From contig JAEOTR010000051.1 of the NCBI GenBank assembly GCA_016839705.1, positions 1-24,232 on the forward strand: a stretch of DNA of 24,232 nucleotides, in the 5' to 3' direction. Of the stretch, positions 1 through 8,555 are shown piece by piece. Positions within the stretch are counted from its first letter, which is position 1, and every line of letters starts with the position of its first letter. The position numbers and the translations under genes were made by a program. The notes under the pieces are model-generated. The model searched no databases. It saw nothing but the letters and a program-made list of their open reading frames with translations, and was not told the DNA's origin. The DNA comes from Promethearchaeota archaeon (GTDB lineage Archaea > Asgardarchaeota > Lokiarchaeia > Sigyniarchaeales > SOKP01).

Positions 1-256
1 GACAGGATTGCTTTTTTACAATACATTAATCGATGAAAATGCCTCAAATCATATTGCAATAGGTCAGGCTTTTAAAAATTCATTGAAGAATGGTAAAGAT
101 TTAACCGATGAAGAATTCAGGGCTGCTGGGGGTAACAATAGCATTATCCATATTGATTTTATGGTTGGTTCGGGAGAAATGAATGTCGATGGGATAGTGA
201 AAGATGAAACCGTAGAACCAGTAATGAGAAAAGGAGAATGGGTTTTTGAGGTGTGA
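1..256 (+). CDS. ampS: Aminopeptidase, peptidase M29 (AmpS/aminopeptidase II) family, C-terminal part; 5' end lies outside the window
   Basis: Frame is open from base 2 (TGLLFYNTLIDENAS...). Motifs FYNTLxDENAxxHxAxG, GGNxSxxHxDFMVG and EPVMRKGEW are typical of the M29 C-terminus. Confidence 0.9.
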   Translation, partial: TGLLFYNTLIDENASNHIAIGQAFKNSLKNGKDLTDEEFRAAGGNNSIIHIDFMVGSGEMNVDGIVKDETVEPVMRKGEWVFEV

Positions 257-309
257 TAGATAAATAAAATTTAAACAGAATTATTTACAAAATTTATAAA
301 AAATAACCA

Positions 310-813
310 TTATTTCGCTAAATCATTTATGAGATTGCAAATTTTTTGCGGATCTCTTGTAGAGAAGACGAAAGGTCTAGCTTCTTGAAAGGTTAATTTG
401 ACAGCTTCTCCAAAATCTGTATTATAAGCCCATGAGCCATCTGTTCCAAGTCGAATTCCTACTCCTCCATATTTCCTAAAATTTGCTTTAGTAATTTCAC
501 ATCCAGATATTTGGTGTAGGTCGATTTTCTTACGGTTTAACACACCATAATCTACTTCAAGGTGATATTTGGTTAAGGTGATTTTTAGGCCTCTAAAGTT
601 CCAATACATGAGGAAAATAAACAAGCTCACACCACCAAATATTATACCCATAAATATCAATTCTTTAGGGATGAACGCAGTAACTACTATCCCGATCGTA
701 CTAATTAATAGAAAAACAGAAAAAATGACGATTTTTACAAATCTTCCAACGGGCACCCATTCTGAGTATAAAATTTCTCTATTTTCTTTGGAATTACTTG
801 ATTTTTTCATCAT
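310..813 (-). CDS. Small membrane protein (2 TM) with C-terminal bacterial PH-like soluble domain
   Basis: Two hydrophobic helices followed by a beta-rich domain with YGGVGIR...WAYN and FVFSTRDP, resembling DUF3093/bPH-type membrane proteins (recognised by eye). Confidence 0.65.
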   Translation of the reverse strand: MMKKSSNSKENREILYSEWVPVGRFVKIVIFSVFLLISTIGIVVTAFIPKELIFMGIIFGGVSLFIFLMYWNFRGLKITLTKYHLEVDYGVLNRKKIDLHQISGCEITKANFRKYGGVGIRLGTDGSWAYNTDFGEAVKLTFQEARPFVFSTRDPQKICNLINDLAK

Positions 814-937
814 GGTAATAATAACGAATAATAGATATAAACTTTTTTAACGCAGAAATTAATCAGAATGCGAACGTAGATGGTTTTTACGAATCAATGT
901 GATATTTTATATAGTAAACACCATTTCTTTTTATGAA

Positions 938-2230
938 ATGAACGTTCCCGCAATAATATTGATCTTGGTTTTATTTGCCATTTTAATGGCGTTTTTTTCT
1001 CAAGCTAAGATCGATTATTTTCCTATTGCATTGCTTATAGGAGCTATTGCAGTAGTTTCAATGCTCACACTAGGTCTTGGGGAAGGAGAAATTCTTGGGT
1101 TCATTAGTTTCAATACCTTGATATTTATATTTGCAATGCAAATAATCATCTATTTTGCAACTCAAGACCGAGTGTTAGAATATATCGTGATTAAATTGAT
1201 ACTTACTACAAAAGGGAACAGCCGATTATTTTTCTATATGATTTGCTTGTTTACTGGCGTTTTAGTTGCCTTTGTAGAGGATTTAACCCTATCTTTGATA
1301 CTAGTTCCATTGATCTACAGGACATGCCGAATTTTAGAGATACGTGCTGGCACTTACATGATGGGGATGACTATTACAATTAATATCGGTGCAATACTGA
1401 CTCCCGTCTCAAGCTTAAAAAATTTAATAATCGGTCAGGAATTTGGATGGAGTTTTGGGGAGTATCTTGCCAACATGGGTATTTTATTTTTAATTACGTT
1501 AATATCCACTATTTTCTTGATGGATCGGTTTATCCTGAAAAAAGAAGAAAAACCCACTGAGCACAACAAAAAAATACTCCTATCAATGCTCAATCCGGGA
1601 ATGGTTATAGAGAATAGAAAGTATTTTTTGACAACAACTATTATAATTATAGCTACTTTCGTGTTTATGTTCTTAGGATTCGAACCTGCTCTTGTCACCA
1701 TCATATCAGCAGCAGTACTCCTTCTTGTTCACTATAAGAATTCTAGTTTCTCGGATATTAAAAATGAAATTTCGTGGAAAATCCTTATAATATTTGCGAT
1801 CTTGTTTATTCTTTCAAATTCTTTATCAACATTTGGTTTCTCAGACTTAATTTCCACAGGTTTGATAAATTTGGCAAATAATAATATTTACCTCGCTGTA
1901 TTGATAACGTTAGGGATCTCTTCTCTGATGTCCGCATTTCTGGCAGGTACACCCGTGACCATTATCCTTCTCCCAATTTTTTCAGCACTCACAGGTGGAT
2001 TTTTATTGCCAAATCCGATTATCATTGCCTTTATAGGCGGTGTTAATATGGCAGGTAATTTCTTACCACAAGGGTCTGCATGTGATCTGCTCACCCTATC
2101 GTTGGCGAAAAAATACGAAGTGAGAAATTTAGATTACAAGCGTCTACTTAAAAACGGCTCACTTTTCGCTACGCTTCACTTCCTTTTTATTTTGGGATAT
2201 ACGATGCTTTATACTTTAATTTTAAGTTAA
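938..2230 (+). CDS. IT-superfamily permease (ArsB/NhaD/SLC13/P-protein-like)
   Basis: About 11-12 TM segments in two repeated halves, with NIGAILTP...NLII and GGVNMAGNFLPQGS motifs. ATG at 938 (MNVPA) is preferred over GTG at 899. Confidence 0.8.
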   Translation: MNVPAIILILVLFAILMAFFSQAKIDYFPIALLIGAIAVVSMLTLGLGEGEILGFISFNTLIFIFAMQIIIYFATQDRVLEYIVIKLILTTKGNSRLFFYMICLFTGVLVAFVEDLTLSLILVPLIYRTCRILEIRAGTYMMGMTITINIGAILTPVSSLKNLIIGQEFGWSFGEYLANMGILFLITLISTIFLMDRFILKKEEKPTEHNKKILLSMLNPGMVIENRKYFLTTTIIIIATFVFMFLGFEPALVTIISAAVLLLVHYKNSSFSDIKNEISWKILIIFAILFILSNSLSTFGFSDLISTGLINLANNNIYLAVLITLGISSLMSAFLAGTPVTIILLPIFSALTGGFLLPNPIIIAFIGGVNMAGNFLPQGSACDLLTLSLAKKYEVRNLDYKRLLKNGSLFATLHFLFILGYTMLYTLILS

Positions 2231-2253
2231 GTTATCTATCTATAACAAGCAGA

Positions 2254-4746
2254 TTAAAGTTTTTCCATAAAGTCAAACAAATCTATCGACTTTGGATATT
2301 TTTTGAAGATCTTTTCTTGTTTTTCTGACTGCTCCCCTGGTAATTTTTCATTCAGCTCGATATTTTTTGTTTGAGCTGCCCAAAAGGTTTGAATGTCCTT
2401 GATGAGATCTGGGGGCTGTTCAATTTTCCAATCGGTTGGAAAAAGATTTTTATAATAGGGTGTGCTAAATCGGTGCCCAATTAACATCACATATCCCCGA
2501 TCAGTAGATGTTCGAAAAATACGTCCGGCAGCCTGAATTACTTTCATCATCCCTGGATTCCGATAGGCATACTCAAAACCTTTTTTCCATTTGAACTCAA
2601 AATATTTTCGCATTAATTCTTGTTCCATTGAATAAGCGGGTAACCCCGGACCAATAATAAAAGCTCCAATGGCCATATCTCCTGTATAATCCACACCCTC
2701 ACTGAAAATCCCCCCATGCACAGCCAATAAAAGATAATTTCTATCAGGATTCTGGAGTTTTTTTAGAAGATCTCTACGCCTACGCTCACTCATTCTACGT
2801 TCTTGTACTATGATATCAACTGAGAACGAATAAGTTTCAATCTCCCTTTGAACAGCTTTAAGATATTTAAATGAAGGAAAAAAAGCCAAATAATTACCAT
2901 CTTTAATGCTTACAGCATTATGAATAATTGAGGCAATCTCATCATACGACTCTCTACGATTTTCATATTTAGTAGAAATATAGGGTAAGAGTAGATAAAG
3001 ACGATTTTGTTGAGGGAAAGGTGAATTGTATTGTAATTTCAACGCCGAAGAAGGAAAACCTAGCATCTTTTGGAAATAATCCAGTGGAAATAACGTTGCT
3101 GATTGCATGATGACGGAGTGAAAACCTGCAATTTGTTTTTCGAGTTTTAAAGCTGCGGATTTGCATAATATTTTGATTTTTTCTTCCTTTATATACAGTA
3201 GTTCACTATACTCTGGAGAATCACTCTCCTTTAAAATTGTTGAGAACTGGCGCAAATTCAATGCAAATTGTATAAGCTTATCTTTCCCTCCAAGTTTAGC
3301 CTTTCTTTGATAATTATAGGCTTGGATATATTCTAAAAGAAATTGATCACTCTCTGTTAGCATTTTTCGGAAAAAATTTTTGTCAAATTTTTGTAGAATG
3401 GGTTTTCTCGTTTCCACATCGGGAAATTGGTTAATTAAATCTGTGATATATTTACTTGCTTGTTTAAAGATGGCATTACCTTTCTTCTTTATAGAACTTG
3501 GTATCGGCATTGATTGTAAATGATCGATAACTCCCGTGAGAGCTTGCAAAGTTATTTCTGGAGAATAATATGCCATTGCTCGGGGTGGTAGATTATGCGC
3601 TTCATCCACAATTAATATTATATCTTCATATGGTTGGTCAAAAAATCGTTTTAATTTGATGTATGGATGGAATACATAATTGTAATCCCCAATAATCAGA
3701 TCACAATAGAGCGAACAACCTAAAGAAATTTCAAAGGGACAAACTCTATGATCTTTTGCCACTTTTTTGATATATCTGGCTTCAATGACTTGTTTAGTGA
3801 GGATTTCAGAGACGATTTCATCCAAAGAAGCCTTCTCATAATTTTCAAGATAGGGACATAACGATTTCTCACATATGAAGACACCATTTATGCACATTTT
3901 CTCTTTCGCGGTAAGAATAATCGAATTGAATTTAGCCTTCTTCTTAGTAAACAGTCGTAAAGTGTCCCGATAGATATGTTGTTGAGTTGTTTTTGAAGTA
4001 ATTACGAATAGGCGTTTATTTTTATTTAAAGTATATCTTAACGCGGGAAATAAAGTTCCAATGGTCTTTCCTAATCCAGAAGGAGCCATTAGCATTAATC
4101 TACCCTTTTTTTGAAGACATTGGGTCGTTTTTTCGATGATATTTTCTTGATTAGGACGATAATTCTCAAAGGGAAAAGTAATTGTTTTCGCGCGTTTTTT
4201 TTGTTCTGTTTTTAATTTTTGTGCCATCTCCCAGGAGTTTAAAATAAATTCACATTGGTTTTGAATATATTCTGAATGATCTTGAGAGGGAACATCGATA
4301 ATTTTGGTTTTATCGGTGTAAATATCAATTAATACGAGACGGCACCGGATAGTTTTACCTTGGGTGAGAAAGTAATGTCCGTACATTAACAACTGCTGAC
4401 GATATTCTTCAGCGATTTTTGAGTCTAGAGAAAAATCTTTTAGATTTACGACTGACTTAATTTCTTCAATGATAAGAATCCCTTCCTTTTCGTAGACAAT
4501 ATCAGCACGCCCCGAAATGATAAATTTCCATCCTTGAAACATTGTGTGAATTTTTACCATAACCTCGCGTTGGAAGGATTGCTCAGTTTTCTTTCGGTTT
4601 TCTTGGAAACGTTGATGAGCTTCAGTTCCTTTAGAGCCTCGAAGGCGTAGTGGAATCGCTGAAGTAGAGACTCTCCGGTCGGATGAAGCGTAAACGACAT
4701 CCTTTATTGAAATGTGAAATTCTTTTTGCTCCTTAATTACTTTCAT
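2254..4746 (-). CDS. dinG: XPD/Rad3/DinG-family Fe-S ATP-dependent DNA helicase with N-terminal PD-(D/E)XK (RecB/Cas4-like) nuclease domain
   Basis: Q motif FPFENYRPNQ, Walker A APSGLGKT, four Fe-S cysteines (KEKMC..C..CPY..CPFE), DEAH, SAT, FFPSF, SEGVD, QAAGRIFR. N-terminus has GTEAH, E, GRAD, EIK, QLLMY. The symbol is a family-level label only. Confidence 0.92.
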   Translation of the reverse strand: MKVIKEQKEFHISIKDVVYASSDRRVSTSAIPLRLRGSKGTEAHQRFQENRKKTEQSFQREVMVKIHTMFQGWKFIISGRADIVYEKEGILIIEEIKSVVNLKDFSLDSKIAEEYRQQLLMYGHYFLTQGKTIRCRLVLIDIYTDKTKIIDVPSQDHSEYIQNQCEFILNSWEMAQKLKTEQKKRAKTITFPFENYRPNQENIIEKTTQCLQKKGRLMLMAPSGLGKTIGTLFPALRYTLNKNKRLFVITSKTTQQHIYRDTLRLFTKKKAKFNSIILTAKEKMCINGVFICEKSLCPYLENYEKASLDEIVSEILTKQVIEARYIKKVAKDHRVCPFEISLGCSLYCDLIIGDYNYVFHPYIKLKRFFDQPYEDIILIVDEAHNLPPRAMAYYSPEITLQALTGVIDHLQSMPIPSSIKKKGNAIFKQASKYITDLINQFPDVETRKPILQKFDKNFFRKMLTESDQFLLEYIQAYNYQRKAKLGGKDKLIQFALNLRQFSTILKESDSPEYSELLYIKEEKIKILCKSAALKLEKQIAGFHSVIMQSATLFPLDYFQKMLGFPSSALKLQYNSPFPQQNRLYLLLPYISTKYENRRESYDEIASIIHNAVSIKDGNYLAFFPSFKYLKAVQREIETYSFSVDIIVQERRMSERRRRDLLKKLQNPDRNYLLLAVHGGIFSEGVDYTGDMAIGAFIIGPGLPAYSMEQELMRKYFEFKWKKGFEYAYRNPGMMKVIQAAGRIFRTSTDRGYVMLIGHRFSTPYYKNLFPTDWKIEQPPDLIKDIQTFWAAQTKNIELNEKLPGEQSEKQEKIFKKYPKSIDLFDFMEKL

Positions 4747-4869
4747 TTCTTTATTCTAGCTATAAAAAGTCTATCACTTATAATAAAAAACCTCCCCTTG
4801 ATGATATTTTAAATTATTAAAGAGAAATTAGATTACACAATTATTTTTTCTTATCTGTATGATTTCAGT

Positions 4870-5730
4870 TTATGAAAAGAATTTACTCCTTAAATCATTT
4901 AGAAAGATCATCCCTTTTTCTGGGATCTTCGGATATCGTTTCTTATTAATGAGTCTTCTAGCCGCTCTCTGTCCAATTGATTGAATTGGATTGAATTTTC
5001 TCGTGAATTCTAATTCTTCTGCGGTGGGAGGTTTGGTTTCCACTAAATCTGGAGAAATTTTTAACTCCCATGGAATATCTTTTTTAATGTCTTCAACAGA
5101 AATTCCTGGATGATTATGAGCAAGAAACATCTCCTTACTTACAGAGTCAAACTTGAAAATTCCCTTTCTACTAATGAGTGTACATGGACCACTGTCTTTC
5201 AAAAAATGACCCGAATTATTTCTGCTATCACCTCCATCTAAATAACCTGGAGATGTAAGATAATCAAGTTTTTCCACAAACTCCCCCCTGTTTAAGGTTA
5301 AAACTGTCCGTTTAGCATAAGAAATAAAATCTGCAGCGCCCCCCGAACCTGGAAGCCGCCTTTTAAAATTATTATAATCTCCTATTGCTGTAGAATTAAT
5401 ATTTCCAAATTTATCCACCTGTCCAACACCTAAGAAGCAAACATCTACAAAACCACGATACGTGTGACTTGTAAACATGGAAAACAAATCTGTGGAATAA
5501 GCAAACCCTTTGCTAGCCCCTACATCTGCAATTCCAATTAATGGAACTAAAGGATCAAATCCTATTAAACCAGACTCAGTCATTAAAGTTGCGTTTTTGG
5601 CGTGTAAACCCTTTGCTAATACGCAAGCAGTTACAGGAATACCTGCACCGATAACCACATTCTCATAATCACGGATTTCTCGAGCAATGGTAATATTTAA
5701 TAATTCATCCATAGAATAACGATTATTCAT
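4870..5730 (-). CDS. gctB: Family I CoA-transferase beta subunit (glutaconate CoA-transferase GctB-like)
   Basis: GAGIP, catalytic-Glu region MTESG, LGVGQVDKFGNINST, LPGSGGA, FVEKLDYLTSPG. Likely start is ATG 5730, overlapping the alpha-subunit stop (ATGAATAA). Substrate unproven. Confidence 0.85.
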   Translation of the reverse strand: MNNRYSMDELLNITIAREIRDYENVVIGAGIPVTACVLAKGLHAKNATLMTESGLIGFDPLVPLIGIADVGASKGFAYSTDLFSMFTSHTYRGFVDVCFLGVGQVDKFGNINSTAIGDYNNFKRRLPGSGGAADFISYAKRTVLTLNRGEFVEKLDYLTSPGYLDGGDSRNNSGHFLKDSGPCTLISRKGIFKFDSVSKEMFLAHNHPGISVEDIKKDIPWELKISPDLVETKPPTAEELEFTRKFNPIQSIGQRAARRLINKKRYPKIPEKGMIFLNDLRSKFFS

Positions 5731-6757
5731 GGAAAATTCCCTCCTTTTCCATGATTTTTTCGATATCTTCATATTTTATTCCTAAAGCTGTGTGTATACC
5801 ATTATCATCCCATGGAGGGAATGGAGACCCATAGTTTACCGGAGCAGAATAAAATGGTTTGTATTTCAGAGAATCTAGCATATCACTTCCGAAAATTTCT
5901 AGATATTTCTCAATGTAAGTGTCATGATCTTCACATCCATAAATCCATTCATCCAACCATCTTTTTGATCCTTTGTCTGTTGTCATTAAACCAAAACCCC
6001 AATCCATGAAAAATTGATCATTTCTATAGTATCCTGCAACTGGGGTTGGATGAGCTCCATATTTAGTTTCGACAACTGCGTTGGTTCTGTATGCCGGTAT
6101 GATTGTGTTGTGAGGGCTAGATCGAACAATTTCATAATCAACAATCTCCTCACATGATACAATTATTTTTTTACTTGCCAGTGCTGCAGCTTGTACACTT
6201 CCCATTGCTCCCCAATATTGAGCATTACCATATTTATCTGCTCTTTGCACATGTACTATGCATACATCAGGATTCGCAGCAGGCACCGTAAGGATATCTT
6301 TTCCTGTATAAGGGCATTTAATGACTTTGAATTTATTTTCACCCATGAATGTCCTCTTGTTAAAAAGATCTGTGTGAACTGCGCCTTCCAGCACCGGCAT
6401 AAAAGAATAACCATACATCCCTGCCTGAAGTCGCGCATTATAATGAAAATTTGAATATTCCTCTACCTCAATTTCTCCACTTTTCATCCTGCGAATCACA
6501 TTACCGGTGCCACCAATTACAGATATAAAATTAGTGACTATCTTGTCTATACAATCCCCCGCAGCTAAATATTCAAGATCGATATGACTCGATTGTGAAT
6601 AGACAGTCAGGTGCCTCTTTTTTTGTCTGATTACTTCCGACGCCAAAGCAACGCACATTGAAAGGGTATAATTTCCGAGTATTAATTCATCTCCATCTTT
6701 TACGTTTTCGCTTACAGCTTTTTTTAAGCTCATTATCTTAGAATTTGAATTACTCAT
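5723..6757 (-). CDS. gctA: Family I CoA-transferase alpha subunit (GctA-like)
   Basis: MSLKKAVSENVKDGD, ARLQAG..G.SFMP, CPYTG, VPAANPDV.IVHVQRADKYGN, SCEEIV, GAHP. Translationally coupled to the beta subunit. Confidence 0.85.
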   Translation of the reverse strand: MSNSNSKIMSLKKAVSENVKDGDELILGNYTLSMCVALASEVIRQKKRHLTVYSQSSHIDLEYLAAGDCIDKIVTNFISVIGGTGNVIRRMKSGEIEVEEYSNFHYNARLQAGMYGYSFMPVLEGAVHTDLFNKRTFMGENKFKVIKCPYTGKDILTVPAANPDVCIVHVQRADKYGNAQYWGAMGSVQAAALASKKIIVSCEEIVDYEIVRSSPHNTIIPAYRTNAVVETKYGAHPTPVAGYYRNDQFFMDWGFGLMTTDKGSKRWLDEWIYGCEDHDTYIEKYLEIFGSDMLDSLKYKPFYSAPVNYGSPFPPWDDNGIHTALGIKYEDIEKIMEKEGIFHE

Positions 6758-6846
6758 TTTTATATCAACTTTTATCTTAATACTATAGTATAATAATTAG
6801 AGGGTAAAACATATAAATTCAAATCTCTGAATTCCCTAGTTAACAG

Positions 6847-6863
6847 AAAAAAAATAAAAAAAA
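6847..6863 (-). terminator. T-tract (archaeal-type) terminator candidate
   Basis: Minus strand reads two T8 runs separated by one A, about 10 nt after the stop of CDS 6875..7378. Confidence 0.5.
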
Positions 6864-6874
6864 TGATATAAAAT

Positions 6875-7378
6875 TTAAGCCATAAAAGATTGTATCCAAA
6901 ATGAGGATTCTCTAATTAAATTTCCTACTCGCTCCGTCATTACAACTACAGTTATGTTGTAAATACCGGCTGGCATTATTTCAATATAATGTTGTAATGA
7001 AACAGTGTAGTATTCATAAAAGCTTTCACTTTCATGTGAACCGGCTCGACCCCATGGCATATCTGTCTGTTGTACATTATTTATCATAAAGTAAAAAAAG
7101 AGATCAGAATAACTAGCAACATCACCAATAATTTTTGCACTACAGGTAAATAATAAATGAAGAGACATCGGTCTTCCTAATTCAAATACAATTGAAATAT
7201 TTGGTATTGGGTTATATACAGCCACAGGACCGGGTATAAATTCAGTGTCATGATAACTATACCAATGTGGTTCATGTGGGATTACAGGCGTATTCATCCA
7301 ATTAATAACTCCAAATCCTAATCCTCCAATACCAAGTAGTATCCCTAATATTCCGAGCAGAGCTCCTCCTTTTCCCAT
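6875..7378 (-). CDS. Hypothetical membrane-anchored or secreted protein with Gly-rich N-terminal helix and beta-sandwich-like domain
   Basis: N-terminal GALLGILGILLGIGGLGFG hydrophobic helix followed by alternating beta-strand patterns. GAGGT lies about 9 nt upstream of the ATG. Confidence 0.7.
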   Translation of the reverse strand: MGKGGALLGILGILLGIGGLGFGVINWMNTPVIPHEPHWYSYHDTEFIPGPVAVYNPIPNISIVFELGRPMSLHLLFTCSAKIIGDVASYSDLFFYFMINNVQQTDMPWGRAGSHESESFYEYYTVSLQHYIEIMPAGIYNITVVVMTERVGNLIRESSFWIQSFMA

Positions 7379-7387
7379 AATTTTATT

Positions 7388-7447
7388 ACCTCTTGATTCT
7401 AAAATTGAATTTTTAGATTTTTTAATAGATTATAAGAATCAAGAGGT
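7388..7447. repeat. Perfect 13-bp inverted repeat with 34-nt AT-rich spacer
   Basis: ACCTCTTGATTCT (7388-7400) and AGAATCAAGAGGT (7435-7447) are exact reverse complements. Pairing extends to 7385/7450 with one mismatch. Confidence 0.9.
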
Positions 7448-7480
7448 GATCAATTATTTAAACTATAGGGAATACCGACT

Positions 7481-7837
7481 TCAATCTAAGAATTTTTGAA
7501 TTTCAAGTGTATATCCGTTCGGATCCTTCAAGAAAAAATGATATATGTGAAATTTTTGATTTAGAGTGGGCTTTTCTTTAATTTCTGCACCTTTTCTAAT
7601 CAATTTGTTATAAATTTCGTCAACCTCCTCAGAAACAAAAGTTAAAATTGGACTTTTTTCATTATGTGCGATTGGCATATGTGTACAGAAGCCAATCTTA
7701 CTCTGAGGATTAATATTGAATATTAAACAGACACCTTGATCTTTGTAAACTGTCAACCCTAAGATGTTTTGATAAAAATCAGAAGTTTTATCAAGATCTT
7801 TAGTCCCTAAAAACGTAATAAATTCCTTGAACATCAT
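7481..7837 (-). CDS. VOC / glyoxalase-bleomycin resistance family protein
   Basis: DLDKTSDFYQNILGL and FFLKDPNGYTLEIQ motifs, 118 aa. Confidence 0.9.
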   Translation of the reverse strand: MMFKEFITFLGTKDLDKTSDFYQNILGLTVYKDQGVCLIFNINPQSKIGFCTHMPIAHNEKSPILTFVSEEVDEIYNKLIRKGAEIKEKPTLNQKFHIYHFFLKDPNGYTLEIQKFLD

Positions 7838-7872
7838 AGAAAAAGTAGATAAGAATATTAAAAGGTTGAGAA

Positions 7873-8481
7873 TTAATTATTCAAAAAAACCATTAGACCA
7901 AGAACAAAGTAGTAGATTTGGTAGGGAGCCACCCCTATTCTTTCGAGGATACCCCTATATTTGCCAGCGGCGAAGATTCCTGTAATTATTATGAGAATTA
8001 ATGAAACAATAGAGTTAATGAGTGAATATAGTGCAAAGGCGCCCCATACTGCATTGAACTGCAATTGAACCCAAAGGAAAATCATACCGGCAATTGTTAA
8101 AATTCCCGACAGTGCTACGAGGATTAAATGCATTTTTCCCCTCAGGGTTGTAAATTCTCCCCCCTCATCAAGAGGGAAAAAGAAGGCGACTAGAATGCCT
8201 AGTATGGAGCTGATTATCAATAGAATAGGCCCCATAATTGAACCATTCCCATCGTTAATACCCGCATGTAATCCAAGATAAAATACAAACAATAAGACGC
8301 TTGAAGTAATAATAAATGCTTTAAATATTCGTCTTTTTGGTGCACCAACTGCAAATAATGAACTAATATCATCTCGGATATGACTATATTCAGGTAGTAA
8401 TATACCACCAACGATCCACATCGCAGTATAGACGATTGGACTAAGCATCCCACAAACTGCTAAAATCTGAAATATTATCAT
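7873..8481 (-). CDS. DUF998-family membrane protein
   Basis: YSHIRDDISSL.A.GAP, FFP.D, G.MH and GILER motifs with about 6 TM helices. Confidence 0.85.
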   Translation of the reverse strand: MIIFQILAVCGMLSPIVYTAMWIVGGILLPEYSHIRDDISSLFAVGAPKRRIFKAFIITSSVLLFVFYLGLHAGINDGNGSIMGPILLIISSILGILVAFFFPLDEGGEFTTLRGKMHLILVALSGILTIAGMIFLWVQLQFNAVWGAFALYSLINSIVSLILIIITGIFAAGKYRGILERIGVAPYQIYYFVLGLMVFLNN

Positions 8482-8555
8482 AATTTTTTGGTTTTGTTTT
8501 TTTTATAGATGAACTAGATCCTTTATGCATTAAAAATTAAATTAATTATAAAAAA

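Noticed and set aside
569-850. Short alternative ORFs from the track (569..850, 1435..1704, 1888..2094, 2969..3166, 5812..6009, 6191..6454, 6256..6438, 8217..8453, 11630..11839, 12813..13109, 13147..13359, 13561..13800, 14943..15185, 22739..22930)
   Set aside because: All lie antisense to or out of frame within well-supported genes and show no recognisable motifs, so they are treated as shadow ORFs.
2254-4746. Type IV CRISPR-associated CasDinG or a Cas4 adaptation module
   Set aside because: No repeat-spacer array or cas genes in the window, and the nuclease domain lacks the Cas4 Fe-S cysteines.
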